This document shows positions 22,425-36,505 of a stretch of 42,419 nt of DNA, in pieces; the first letter of the stretch is position 1, and every line of letters starts with the position of its first letter. Origin of the DNA: Betaproteobacteria bacterium (lineage in GTDB: Bacteria; Pseudomonadota; Gammaproteobacteria; Burkholderiales; Ga0077523); contig JAYTTO010000070.1 in assembly GCA_043744975.1 (NCBI GenBank), positions 1-42,419 on the forward strand. Direction: 5' to 3'. Made by a program: the position numbers and the translations under genes. The notes beneath the pieces were generated by a model that saw nothing but the letters and a program-made list of their open reading frames with translations, did not search any database and had not been told where the DNA came from.

Positions 22425-22555
22425 ACCGCCAACCTCGCGCGGCCTTTGGCCCGACGCGCATTGATAACTGCCCGACCGCTCTTGGTCTTCATCCGGACCC
22501 GGAACCCGTGGGTGCGCTTGCGCCGCGTGACCGATGGCTGATAAGTACGTTTCAT
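22421..22555 (-). CDS. rpmH: 50S ribosomal protein L34
   Basis: Below the ORF-track size cutoff. My translation is [44 protein letters not shown], with AGGAG 5 nt upstream of the ATG. Confidence 0.97.
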   Translation of the reverse strand: MKRTYQPSVTRRKRTHGFRVRMKTKSGRAVINARRAKGRARLAV

Positions 22556-22588
22556 GAATTCTCCTACCTCAACACTGCAAAGCCGTGC

Positions 22589-22618
22589 ATTACACACGCG
22601 TCACCAACGTATTGTCAA
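22589..22618 (-). promoter_or_regulatory. Candidate sigma70 promoter for rpmH-rnpA (TTGACA - 18 nt - TGTAAT)
   Basis: The minus strand reads gaTTGACAatacgttggtgacgcgtgTGTAATgcacgg, about 35 nt upstream of the rpmH ATG. This is a pattern match only. Confidence 0.4.
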
Positions 22619-22654
22619 TCTCGACGCCGCTTGTCCACGCCGCAACGGCTCGCC

Positions 22655-22663
22655 TGTGGATAA
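22655..22663. promoter_or_regulatory. Perfect DnaA box (TGTGGATAA = TTATCCACA)
   Basis: Exact 9/9 match in the rpmH-dnaA spacer. A second box, TTGTCCACg (8/9 to the high-GC variant TTGTCCACA), lies at 22631..22639. Confidence 0.7.
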
Positions 22664-22770
22664 CCGGGCAACGCTCCTGCTACCATCACGGACCGAGCAC
22701 GGCGGTGCCCGTCAACCCCTAGGTCTCATCACCTCCTGTGTCATTGCCAGTGACCACTGCACCCGAATTC

Positions 22771-24111
22771 ATGCCAGACCTGTGGGCGCGTTGTCAGGCG
22801 GAGTTGCGTGACTCCCTGTCGGAACAGCAGTTTCGAACCTGGATCAAGCCTCTCGAAGCGATCCGACGCGACCATCTCCTGCTGCTGTCCGCGCCCAATC
22901 GCTTCGTGCTCGAATGGGTGAGGGAGCGCTTTCTCCGTGTCATCGAGCAACTCACGACCACCCTGTCTGGCGGTGAAGTCCTGGTCGAACTTCAGTTGTC
23001 CCCTGAAGCAGATAAAGTGCGTGCAAAGGCGCTGCCGACCGTCCCGGCAGCGCCTCTTCAACCTGCGATCGACGTGCCCACCCCCAGGGAGCGCGGACGC
23101 CTCAATCCGACGTTTACCTTCGATGGGTTCGTCGCCGGAAAAGCCAACCAGCTCGCGCGGGCCGCGGCCATCCAGATCGCCGAACACCCGGGAACCGCCT
23201 ACAACCCGCTGTTCATCTATGGCGGCGTCGGTCTCGGCAAAACCCATCTAGTGCAGGCGATCGGCAACCTGGTTCATTCCAAGAATCCCGAAGCCAGCAT
23301 CCGATACATCCATGCCGAACAATATGTGTCGGACGTCGTCCGTGCTTATCAGCACAAGTCGTTCGACAACTTCAAGAAGTACTACCACTCTCTAGACCTG
23401 CTTCTAATCGACGACATCCAGTTCTTCAGCGGCAAGAACCGCACGCAGGAAGAGTTCTTCTACGCCTTCAACGCACTCGTGGACGCCCACAAGCAGGTGA
23501 TCATCACGTGCGACACCTACCCGAAGGAGATCGCCGGCATGGAAGACCGCCTGATCTCCCGGTTCGGCTGGGGACTCACCGTGGCCATCGAACCGCCTGA
23601 ACTCGAGATGCGCGTCGCGATCCTGCTGAAGAAGGCCGAAGCAGAGCGCATTTCTGTCGGCGAAGACGTCGCCTTCTTCATCGCAACTCATATCCAGTCC
23701 AATGTCCGCGAACTCGAGGGTGCCCTCAAGCGCGTGGTGGCCTATACGCGTTTCGCCGACGTCCCCATCACCGTCGACTCCACGCGCGCTGCGCTCAAAG
23801 ACCTTCTCGCGGTGCAGACTCGCCAGATTTCGCTCGAAAACATCCAGAAGACCGTTGCCGAGTACTACAAGATCAAGGTCTCCGAGATGTACTCGAAAAA
23901 GAAATCGCGGGTGGTCGCGCGCCCCCGCCAGGTTGCGATGGCCCTTGCGAAGGAACTGACGCAACTCAGCCTGCCCGACATCGGTGAAGCCTTCGGCGGC
24001 CGCGACCACACTACAGTTCTACATGCCTGCCGCCGCATCGCCGAACTCCGCACCACCATGCCCGACATGCAGCGCGATTACGACGCGCTGATCATGATCC
24101 TTCGTGGCTAG
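22771..24111 (+). CDS. dnaA: Chromosomal replication initiator DnaA
   Basis: ORF 22738..24111. ATG 22771 gives [28 protein letters not shown], which aligns with typical DnaA N-termini (M.DFW..C...L). Also present: Walker [11 protein letters not shown] and the C-terminal DNA-binding motif [15 protein letters not shown]. Confidence 0.97.
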   Translation: MPDLWARCQAELRDSLSEQQFRTWIKPLEAIRRDHLLLLSAPNRFVLEWVRERFLRVIEQLTTTLSGGEVLVELQLSPEADKVRAKALPTVPAAPLQPAIDVPTPRERGRLNPTFTFDGFVAGKANQLARAAAIQIAEHPGTAYNPLFIYGGVGLGKTHLVQAIGNLVHSKNPEASIRYIHAEQYVSDVVRAYQHKSFDNFKKYYHSLDLLLIDDIQFFSGKNRTQEEFFYAFNALVDAHKQVIITCDTYPKEIAGMEDRLISRFGWGLTVAIEPPELEMRVAILLKKAEAERISVGEDVAFFIATHIQSNVRELEGALKRVVAYTRFADVPITVDSTRAALKDLLAVQTRQISLENIQKTVAEYYKIKVSEMYSKKKSRVVARPRQVAMALAKELTQLSLPDIGEAFGGRDHTTVLHACRRIAELRTTMPDMQRDYDALIMILRG

Positions 24112-24118
24112 AACGGCC

Positions 24119-24315
24119 GTGGACAGAACGTGTTTGATTTGTGGACGGATCTACGCGAGAAGCGAATCCCTGATTCCATCCAGAGTCGATCCACAGCCCA
24201 TACACACCTTTTCCCGACCTTCCGACACCCCGGAACACGGCGCCGAACCTGCCTTCGACCCTGTTGTCCACAACCGCGACCGTTCCTTATTAATTTCTAT
24301 TAGTTAAAAAGAGAA
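24119..24315. promoter_or_regulatory. DnaA-box cluster plus AT-rich tract in the dnaA-dnaN spacer
   Basis: Boxes relative to TTGTCCACA / TTATCCACA: cGTGGACAg (24119), TGTGGACgg (24140..24148), cgATCCACA (24187..24195) and TTGTCCACA (24264..24272, 8/9 to TTATCCACA). These are followed by ccttattaatttctattagttaaaaagagaa (24285..24315), the most AT-rich stretch of the window. Confidence 0.45.
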
Positions 24316-27848
<3,533 letters not shown>

Positions 27849-27889
27849 GACCGGTTATCTCGCAACCCTGTCGCGGGCGCGGCTCGGCC

Positions 27890-30556
<2,667 letters not shown>

Positions 30557-30589
30557 GGTTCGGGGCGGAGGCCTCTACGATACTGGCCG

Positions 30590-30607
30590 GGCATCGAGAT
30601 GCCCGAC
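30590..30607 (-). terminator. Hairpin CGGGCAT-cgag-ATGCCCG between dprA and topB
   Basis: Perfect 7-bp stem with a 4-nt loop, seen in the sequence. There is no U-tract, so its function is uncertain (attenuator, RNA processing site or weak terminator). Confidence 0.3.
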
Positions 30608-30672
30608 AAAGGCGCGGAATGATAAGCGCACGAATTCGGCAGGTGCAAGCCGGGAACTTCACAACGACGGAT

Positions 30673-31752
30673 TCAGGGAAGACGTTGCACGCGGTTTCCG
30701 GGCAGCGTTGCGACCACGCCGGCAAGCTCGAGTTCAAGCAGGTGTGCACTGAGCACATTTGCAGGCAACCCGGTCCGGGCTGCCAATTGGTCGAGCGTAC
30801 ACGGATCGTAACCGAGTTGCAGGAGGATCGGATCGTCGATGTCGGATTCGGCAACTGCCGCCGGGCCCGGCGGTGCCCACTGCATTCGCAGCTCTTCCAA
30901 TATGTCTTCGGCGCTCTCCACGAGCTTCGCGCCCTGCCGGATGAGTGCATGGCAGCCGCGCGAGACCGGCGAATGAATCGAGCCCGGAATGGCGAACACT
31001 TCACGTCCCTGCTCGGCGGCCAGCCGAGCAGTGATAAGGGAGCCGCTGCGTACGGCGGCCTCAACCACCAGTACCCCTCGTGACAGGCCGCTGATCAGCC
31101 GGTTTCGACGCGGAAAGTTCCACGCGGCAACGCCCGTCCCCAGAGGGAACTCCGAAAGGAGCAAACCGTTCGAGGCGATACGATGCGCCAGTTCGCGATT
31201 GCGCGCCGGGTAGACCGTATCGAGCCCGGTGCCGGTCACGGCGATCGTCGAGCAGCGCGACGCCAGCCCGCCTTCGTGCGCAGCCCTGTCGATGCCTAGC
31301 GCGAGCCCGCTGACGATGGTGAGGCCTGCATCACCGAGTGAGTTGGCGAAGCTCCTGGCGGTGGCGAGCCCCTGCGGCGTTGCGTTGCGGCTTCCGACGA
31401 CGGCAATCGCTGCGTTGGCGAGCAGATCCAGACGGCCCTTCGCATAGAGAAGTACTGGAGGATCCGCAGTCTCCAGCAACGGGCGCGGGTATTCCTGGTC
31501 GGCCAAGGTAAGGATTCGATTGCCCGGGACGTCGGCCCACTTCGCCGCCGCTTCGACCAGCGCGACAGGTGCACCGGCGGTGATGGCGCCAGCCACCGCG
31601 GGGGAGACACGCTGTCGCAAGGTGGCCGCGCTGGCCGCGAGAACCGCCTCCGGGGAACCGAGCGACGCGAGCAGCGCCCTGATGCCGACCGGCCCGAGGC
31701 CGGGGACAAGAGTCAGGCGCAACCATTGGATCAGATCGGCATTCGCGGACAT
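30673..31752 (-). CDS. dprA: DNA-processing protein DprA (Smf)
   Basis: 359 aa. Contains IAVVGSRNATPQG, SGLALGIDRAAHEGGL and VVEAAVRSGSLITARLAAEQGREVFAIPG. Confidence 0.93.
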   Translation of the reverse strand: MSANADLIQWLRLTLVPGLGPVGIRALLASLGSPEAVLAASAATLRQRVSPAVAGAITAGAPVALVEAAAKWADVPGNRILTLADQEYPRPLLETADPPVLLYAKGRLDLLANAAIAVVGSRNATPQGLATARSFANSLGDAGLTIVSGLALGIDRAAHEGGLASRCSTIAVTGTGLDTVYPARNRELAHRIASNGLLLSEFPLGTGVAAWNFPRRNRLISGLSRGVLVVEAAVRSGSLITARLAAEQGREVFAIPGSIHSPVSRGCHALIRQGAKLVESAEDILEELRMQWAPPGPAAVAESDIDDPILLQLGYDPCTLDQLAARTGLPANVLSAHLLELELAGVVATLPGNRVQRLP

Positions 31753-31788
31753 GCATGCTGCGCCACACGTGGCGGCGCACGGATCGGG

Positions 31789-32940
31789 TCAGGGAGCCTG
31801 AACGATATCCAGCAGGTTCACCGGACGCGAGGTGTTCATGATCAGCGCGTAGGAAACCTTCTCGAACACACGGAACACGAAGACCAAGCCATAGCGCTCA
31901 TCGGGAAGGACCACACGGCCGGCGTTGTCCGCCTTCTGGTATTCGCTGTGGACCGATGTCACTGACTTGCGCGCGACGTCGTTCGACATGCTGCGGGGCA
32001 GGCTGCGCGGCACGACCGTCTGCCCGGTGCGATACAGGGCGAACACGTTACCGACCTCCACACCCTCCCGGGCGCCTCGATTGATGGCGATGACCTGTTG
32101 CTGACCGATCTCGGAAATGACGTTGTCGCCCGCCGACATCACGACACCGTTCATGCCCGCCTTGGCGGCCCGCGGCATGTAGGCCAGGATGTCCGAGGCA
32201 GGTGCCTGGACCAGTTGATCGCCGGTCCCGATCTCCTGCCGGGCGGACAGGATCCGCACCGACGAGATTTCGCCGAATTCCCGAACCCGGACGTCCCCCA
32301 GGTAGATCACTTCGTAACCGAGCAACTCGCCGGAGACCGGGTCGTTCAGCGGCTTGCCCGGGCGGTAGACCTGCCAGACGAGTGCGCTGTTGGCCGGCAA
32401 TCCCTTGACGAAAGCGGTGTCGCCGGTCCCCGTCACCACCCGATTTTCCTGGGTTGCGACGATCCGCGGCGATTTTTCGAACTGGTCCTGGGAGACGATT
32501 AGCGGGCGGTTCAGGAAGGGTTCGATCGTGCTGGATGAAATGCTGGGGACCGGGGTCGCGGACAGCAGGTCTGACCGTATCTTGGGCGACAGCTTGACCG
32601 TGCTCCCGACGGCTCCCCCTTGACTCCCGCCGCCACCGCTATCACCCTCGAGCCGAAGGCGCGGCGTCCCGCCGCTCCGGTCCAGGACCAGGACATTGCC
32701 GGGATAGATCAGGTGGGGGTTGCGGACCTCGTCCTTGTTCATGCCCCACAAGTCGGGCCAGCGCCACGGACTCTTGAGGAACCGTTTGGAGATCGCCCAG
32801 AGCGTGTCGCCCTTGACCACGACATAGCGGTCAGGCGGATTGTCCACCATATCGAGCGGCTGGTCTTCCGCCCGGCTGTAGGCCAGCGAAGCGAGAACCA
32901 ACGACAACCCCACGACTGCCGATATGATTGAACGGTGCAT
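31789..32940 (-). CDS. tsaP: LysM peptidoglycan-binding protein, TsaP-like (type IV pilus secretin-associated family)
   Basis: ORF 31789..33015 trimmed to ATG 32940, which gives the signal peptide MHRSIISAVVGLSLVLASLAYSRA. LysM motif: YVVVKGDTLWAISKRFLKSPWRWPDLWGMNKDEVRNPHLIYPGNVLVL. The position between dprA and def matches the Neisseria and Pseudomonas tsaP locus as I recall it. Confidence 0.6.
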   Translation of the reverse strand: MHRSIISAVVGLSLVLASLAYSRAEDQPLDMVDNPPDRYVVVKGDTLWAISKRFLKSPWRWPDLWGMNKDEVRNPHLIYPGNVLVLDRSGGTPRLRLEGDSGGGGSQGGAVGSTVKLSPKIRSDLLSATPVPSISSSTIEPFLNRPLIVSQDQFEKSPRIVATQENRVVTGTGDTAFVKGLPANSALVWQVYRPGKPLNDPVSGELLGYEVIYLGDVRVREFGEISSVRILSARQEIGTGDQLVQAPASDILAYMPRAAKAGMNGVVMSAGDNVISEIGQQQVIAINRGAREGVEVGNVFALYRTGQTVVPRSLPRSMSNDVARKSVTSVHSEYQKADNAGRVVLPDERYGLVFVFRVFEKVSYALIMNTSRPVNLLDIVQAP

Positions 32941-33053
32941 GTGCGTCCCCATCTCTGGGCCACGGAAATCGATGCGAAGTTCTCGAAGGTTCCGCAGCGT
33001 TGCTATATTCTGCATTAGATTTTGATCGTAATCGACTAACTTAGCAAGCTTTT

Positions 33054-33557
33054 ATGCCTGTACTTCCTATCCTTCAATACCCCGATCCGAGGCTTCATAC
33101 CGTCGCCTGGCCGGTGGTCCGCTTCGACGCGGAACTGCGCGCTCTGATCCGCGATCTGGCTGACACCATGTATGCCGCGCCTGGAATCGGCCTGGCCGCG
33201 ACCCAGGTCGATGTCCACAAGAGAGTCCTGGTAGCCGATGTTTCGGACTCGCGTGATCAATTGATGGTGCTGGTGAACCCGGCTGTGGTTGAAGCCGTGG
33301 GCGAATCAGAACTCGACGAAGGCTGCCTGTCGGTGCCCGGTGTTTATGAGCGTGTGCCCCGTTTCGAGCATGTCGTGATCCGGGCCCAGGATGCCGCAGG
33401 CGAAAGCCGCCATCTTGCCGCCAAAGGCCTGCTGTCCGTCTGTTTGCAGCACGAGATCGATCACCTGGAAGGCCGAGTCTTCGTGGACTACCTGTCGCGG
33501 CTCAAGCAGACCCGCCTTGCTGCGAAGTTGCAGAAGCAGCAACGGCGGCCACGGTAG
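33054..33557 (+). CDS. def: Peptide deformylase
   Basis: 167 aa. Contains GIGLAATQV, EGCLSVPG and QHEIDHLEG. Confidence 0.97.
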   Translation: MPVLPILQYPDPRLHTVAWPVVRFDAELRALIRDLADTMYAAPGIGLAATQVDVHKRVLVADVSDSRDQLMVLVNPAVVEAVGESELDEGCLSVPGVYERVPRFEHVVIRAQDAAGESRHLAAKGLLSVCLQHEIDHLEGRVFVDYLSRLKQTRLAAKLQKQQRRPR

Positions 33558-33567
33558 CGCATCGATC

Positions 33568-34518
33568 TTGCGCCTGGTTTTCGCCGGTACTCCCCGTTTC
33601 GCGGCCGTTACCCTGGAGGCATTGCTCCAGGCCGGCCATGACGTCGCTTTGGTGCTGACCCAGCCGGATCGTCCGGCTGGGCGCGGTCTGAAGCCCGTCG
33701 CAAGCGACGTCAAGACTGTCGCAGTTCGGCACGGCCTCGCGCTACGCCAGCCGGTCAGCCTCAAGGCGCCCGAGGCGCTCGGGCAACTCCAGGGCACCGG
33801 CGCAACGGCGATGGTTGTGGTCGCCTATGGGCTGCTACTGCCGCAAGCCGTCCTCGACAACTTCCCGTTGGGTTGCCTGAACGTGCACGCCTCGCTCCTC
33901 CCCCGCTGGCGCGGCGCCGCGCCCATCCAACGGGCAGTGCTGGCCGGGGACGCCGAAACCGGGGTATGCATAATGCGAATGGAGGCGAGCCTCGACACCG
34001 GCCCGGTGTACCAGCGGGAGGTGACGTCGATCGCGCGCGACGAAACCGCGGGTTCGCTGCATGATCGGCTGGCCCTGATTGGCGCGCGGGCCGCGGTGGC
34101 GGTGCTCCAGCGGCTCGATGCCGATCCGGTGGTGTCGTTGGCACAGTGCGCCACGGGAATCACCTATGCCGCAAAGGTGACGCGTGCCGATGCGGCGTTG
34201 CATTGGGCCGAGCCCGCACGCCAGCTCGACAGGGTGGTCCGCGCCTTCAATCCCGCGCCCGGTGCTCACGCTTGCCTTGGCGCCACCGGGGTCAAAATCT
34301 GGAAGGCAGTGGCGGAAGCCGATGCCGCTGGCGTCGACAGCGTCCCTGGCCGGATCATCGGTGTCGCGGCCGCGGGAGTGCGCGTGGCGTGCGGAGATGG
34401 CTCGGTCCTGGCCATCCTCGAACTGCAGCGCGAAGGCGGTCGCCGCATGTCCGCGACCGAATTCCTCCGTGGGTATGCCCTGCACGAAGGCGACCGATTC
34501 ACGGACGGCACCGCCTGA
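33568..34518 (+). CDS. fmt: Methionyl-tRNA formyltransferase
   Basis: ORF 33391..34518 overlaps def out of frame. TTG 33568 gives M-RLVFAGTPRFAA, the canonical Fmt N-terminus, 10 nt after the def stop. Also present: HASLLPRWRGAAPIQRA. Confidence 0.9.
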   Translation: MRLVFAGTPRFAAVTLEALLQAGHDVALVLTQPDRPAGRGLKPVASDVKTVAVRHGLALRQPVSLKAPEALGQLQGTGATAMVVVAYGLLLPQAVLDNFPLGCLNVHASLLPRWRGAAPIQRAVLAGDAETGVCIMRMEASLDTGPVYQREVTSIARDETAGSLHDRLALIGARAAVAVLQRLDADPVVSLAQCATGITYAAKVTRADAALHWAEPARQLDRVVRAFNPAPGAHACLGATGVKIWKAVAEADAAGVDSVPGRIIGVAAAGVRVACGDGSVLAILELQREGGRRMSATEFLRGYALHEGDRFTDGTA

Positions 34519-34626
34519 CTTTGCCACCTTCACGTTTGTATTCTTCGTTCACCGAGTGCCCGATGCCGATGGATCCGCACGTGACGTCCTGGTCGTCGAA
34601 TTGATGCGCCGAGTTAGCTGCGATCC

Positions 34627-35940
34627 GTGCCCTGCACGGCCGATGCCATGGGTCACGGGCCGGGCGCCTTGATCGAAATTCAGCGGGCGGCCGCCGCCAA
34701 CGTGGCCGCAGTCCTGGGCGGCCACAGCCTGGCAGAACGGCGCAGGACTCCCGATGTGCCGGCGTCGACTACGGCCCACCGTGGTGCCCTGCTCGACCTT
34801 ACGCAGGGTACGTTGCGTCATCTGGGCACACTGCGCGCCATTCTCGGAATGCTCGCCGAGCGCGGCGTCAGCGATCCTGCGATCGAGTCGCTGTTGCTGG
34901 TCGCGCTATATCAGCTCCTGCACACCAAGGCGGCGCCACACGCGATCGTCAACCACGCCGTCGGTGCGACCAGAGCTGGCGGTGCGGGAGGTGCCGCCGG
35001 CTTCGTCAACGCTGCGCTGCGCCGTTTCCTGCGTGAACGCGATGAGCTCCTCGTCCGCGCCGCGCGGACGCCGGTCGGGCGATGGTCACACCCTGCCTGG
35101 TGGATTCAGCGGCTTCGCGAGCAGTACTCGTCGGCCGCAGAACAGATCCTGGAACAGGGACTCGCCCACCCGCCGATGAGCCTGAGGGTGAACCCCCGAC
35201 GCATCGATGCGGCCCGGTATCAGGACCTGTTGCGCGCAGCAGGCATCGATGCCTGGACGCAGGCGCATGGCGCCATAACGCTGCGACGGCCGGTACCGGC
35301 GGCATCCCTGCCCGGATTTGCCGAAGGATTGGTGTCGGTCCAGGATGCAGGGGCCCAGTATGCCGCTCGTCTTCTCGATCTTGCCGATGGGCAGCGGGTG
35401 CTGGATGCGTGCGCGGCGCCGGGCGGGAAAACCGCACATATTCTCGAATCGGCCGACGTCTCGATGACGGCGCTCGACCGCGACGGCGGCCGCCTTGCGG
35501 ACGCCCGCAGGAATCTCGATCGCCTCGGGCTCGAAGCGCGGACCATCGTGGCCGATGCCGCTGAGGTATCGACCTGGTGGAATGGCGTCCTGTTCGACCG
35601 GATCCTGCTGGACGCGCCCTGTACCGCCTCGGGTATCGTGCGCCGCCATCCCGACGCGAAATGGCTTCGGCGCGAAGCCGATATCGCATCGTTCGCGCTC
35701 ACCCAGCAGCGATTGCTCGCCGCGCTTTGGCAGGCGGTAGTGCCCGGTGGTAAATTGCTTTATGTCACCTGCTCCGTATTCGCAGAGGAGAATCGCGACA
35801 CTCTCGCCACGTTCGTGGCCGGGCATGCGGACGCGATCGAACTCGCGGCGCCCGGTCTTCCTGCCGCCTCGGGACAATTGCTTCCAAGCCGCGAACACGA
35901 TGGGTTCTTTTATGCGTTGCTGCAGAAGGCTGAAGGCTAG
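34627..35940 (+). CDS. rsmB: 16S rRNA (cytosine967-C5)-methyltransferase RsmB (Sun)
   Basis: 437 aa. NusB-like N-terminal domain, then DACAAPGGKTAHILE, LDAPCTASGIVRRHPD and YVTCS. The start is GTG 34627 or ATG 34648. Confidence 0.92.
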   Translation: MPCTADAMGHGPGALIEIQRAAAANVAAVLGGHSLAERRRTPDVPASTTAHRGALLDLTQGTLRHLGTLRAILGMLAERGVSDPAIESLLLVALYQLLHTKAAPHAIVNHAVGATRAGGAGGAAGFVNAALRRFLRERDELLVRAARTPVGRWSHPAWWIQRLREQYSSAAEQILEQGLAHPPMSLRVNPRRIDAARYQDLLRAAGIDAWTQAHGAITLRRPVPAASLPGFAEGLVSVQDAGAQYAARLLDLADGQRVLDACAAPGGKTAHILESADVSMTALDRDGGRLADARRNLDRLGLEARTIVADAAEVSTWWNGVLFDRILLDAPCTASGIVRRHPDAKWLRREADIASFALTQQRLLAALWQAVVPGGKLLYVTCSVFAEENRDTLATFVAGHADAIELAAPGLPAASGQLLPSREHDGFFYALLQKAEG

Positions 35941-36505
35941 CCCGCTGCTGGCGCCGTTGCTGTTGCTGATGTGGCTCGGCTCGATGCAGGTTCTTGCCGT
36001 CGGGGCCGCCGAACCCGCAATCGATGTTCGGTCTGCCGAGATCGCCGCCGCCACCGACGGGTACGACCTCGACGCCGTGTTCCAGATCGAGCTCGGTCAC
36101 ACGCTCGAGGATGCCCTGGTCAAGGGCGTGGCGCTCAACTTCGTCATCGAGTTCGAACTCGTCTACGAACGCTGGTACCTGCTAAACCTCTGGAACCGTA
36201 CCGTCTCGGCTTTCGACCAGCGCTCTCGGCTCACCTACAACTCGCTTACGCGGCAATACCGCGTTGCGGCGGGCGCCTTGGCCCAGAACGTCGACACCCT
36301 GCCGGAAGCCCTTGCGATCATGGGCCGCATCCACGGTCGCCAGGTAGCCGCGCGCGACGATCTGGATACCGGCATACCGTACAGCGCCCAGATGCGCATG
36401 CGCCTGGACACGTCGCAGCTGCCGAAGCCGTTCCAGATCAACGCGATCGGCTCCCGCGGCTGGAACCTGGAGTCCGAGTGGTACCGCTGGACGGTCAAGC
36501 CATGA
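35912..36505 (+). CDS. DUF4390-family secreted protein of unknown function
   Basis: ORF 35747..36505 trimmed to ATG 35912, which gives the Sec-type signal MRCCRRLKASPLLAPLLLLMWLGSMQVLAVGAAEP. It overlaps the rsmB end by 29 nt, and its stop overlaps the ntrY ATG (ATGA). The rsmB-DUF4390-ntrY position is as I recall it for this family. Confidence 0.7.
   Translation: MRCCRRLKASPLLAPLLLLMWLGSMQVLAVGAAEPAIDVRSAEIAAATDGYDLDAVFQIELGHTLEDALVKGVALNFVIEFELVYERWYLLNLWNRTVSAFDQRSRLTYNSLTRQYRVAAGALAQNVDTLPEALAIMGRIHGRQVAARDDLDTGIPYSAQMRMRLDTSQLPKPFQINAIGSRGWNLESEWYRWTVKP

Noticed and set aside
22425-22575. The rnpA reading frame stays open across the whole of rpmH up to a TGA just upstream of the rpmH RBS, which could suggest a Thermus-like rnpA fully overlapping rpmH
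   Set aside because: There is no ATG, GTG or TTG in that stretch. The only ATT sits 1 nt from the AGGAG and so is badly spaced. The encoded peptide has no RnpA-like features. A 50-codon open stretch is unremarkable in GC-rich DNA.
27849-27889. Possible bidirectional terminator between the convergent gyrB and topB genes
   Set aside because: The spacer is GC-rich, but I could not draw a clean stem-loop of 6 bp or more, so I did not call it.
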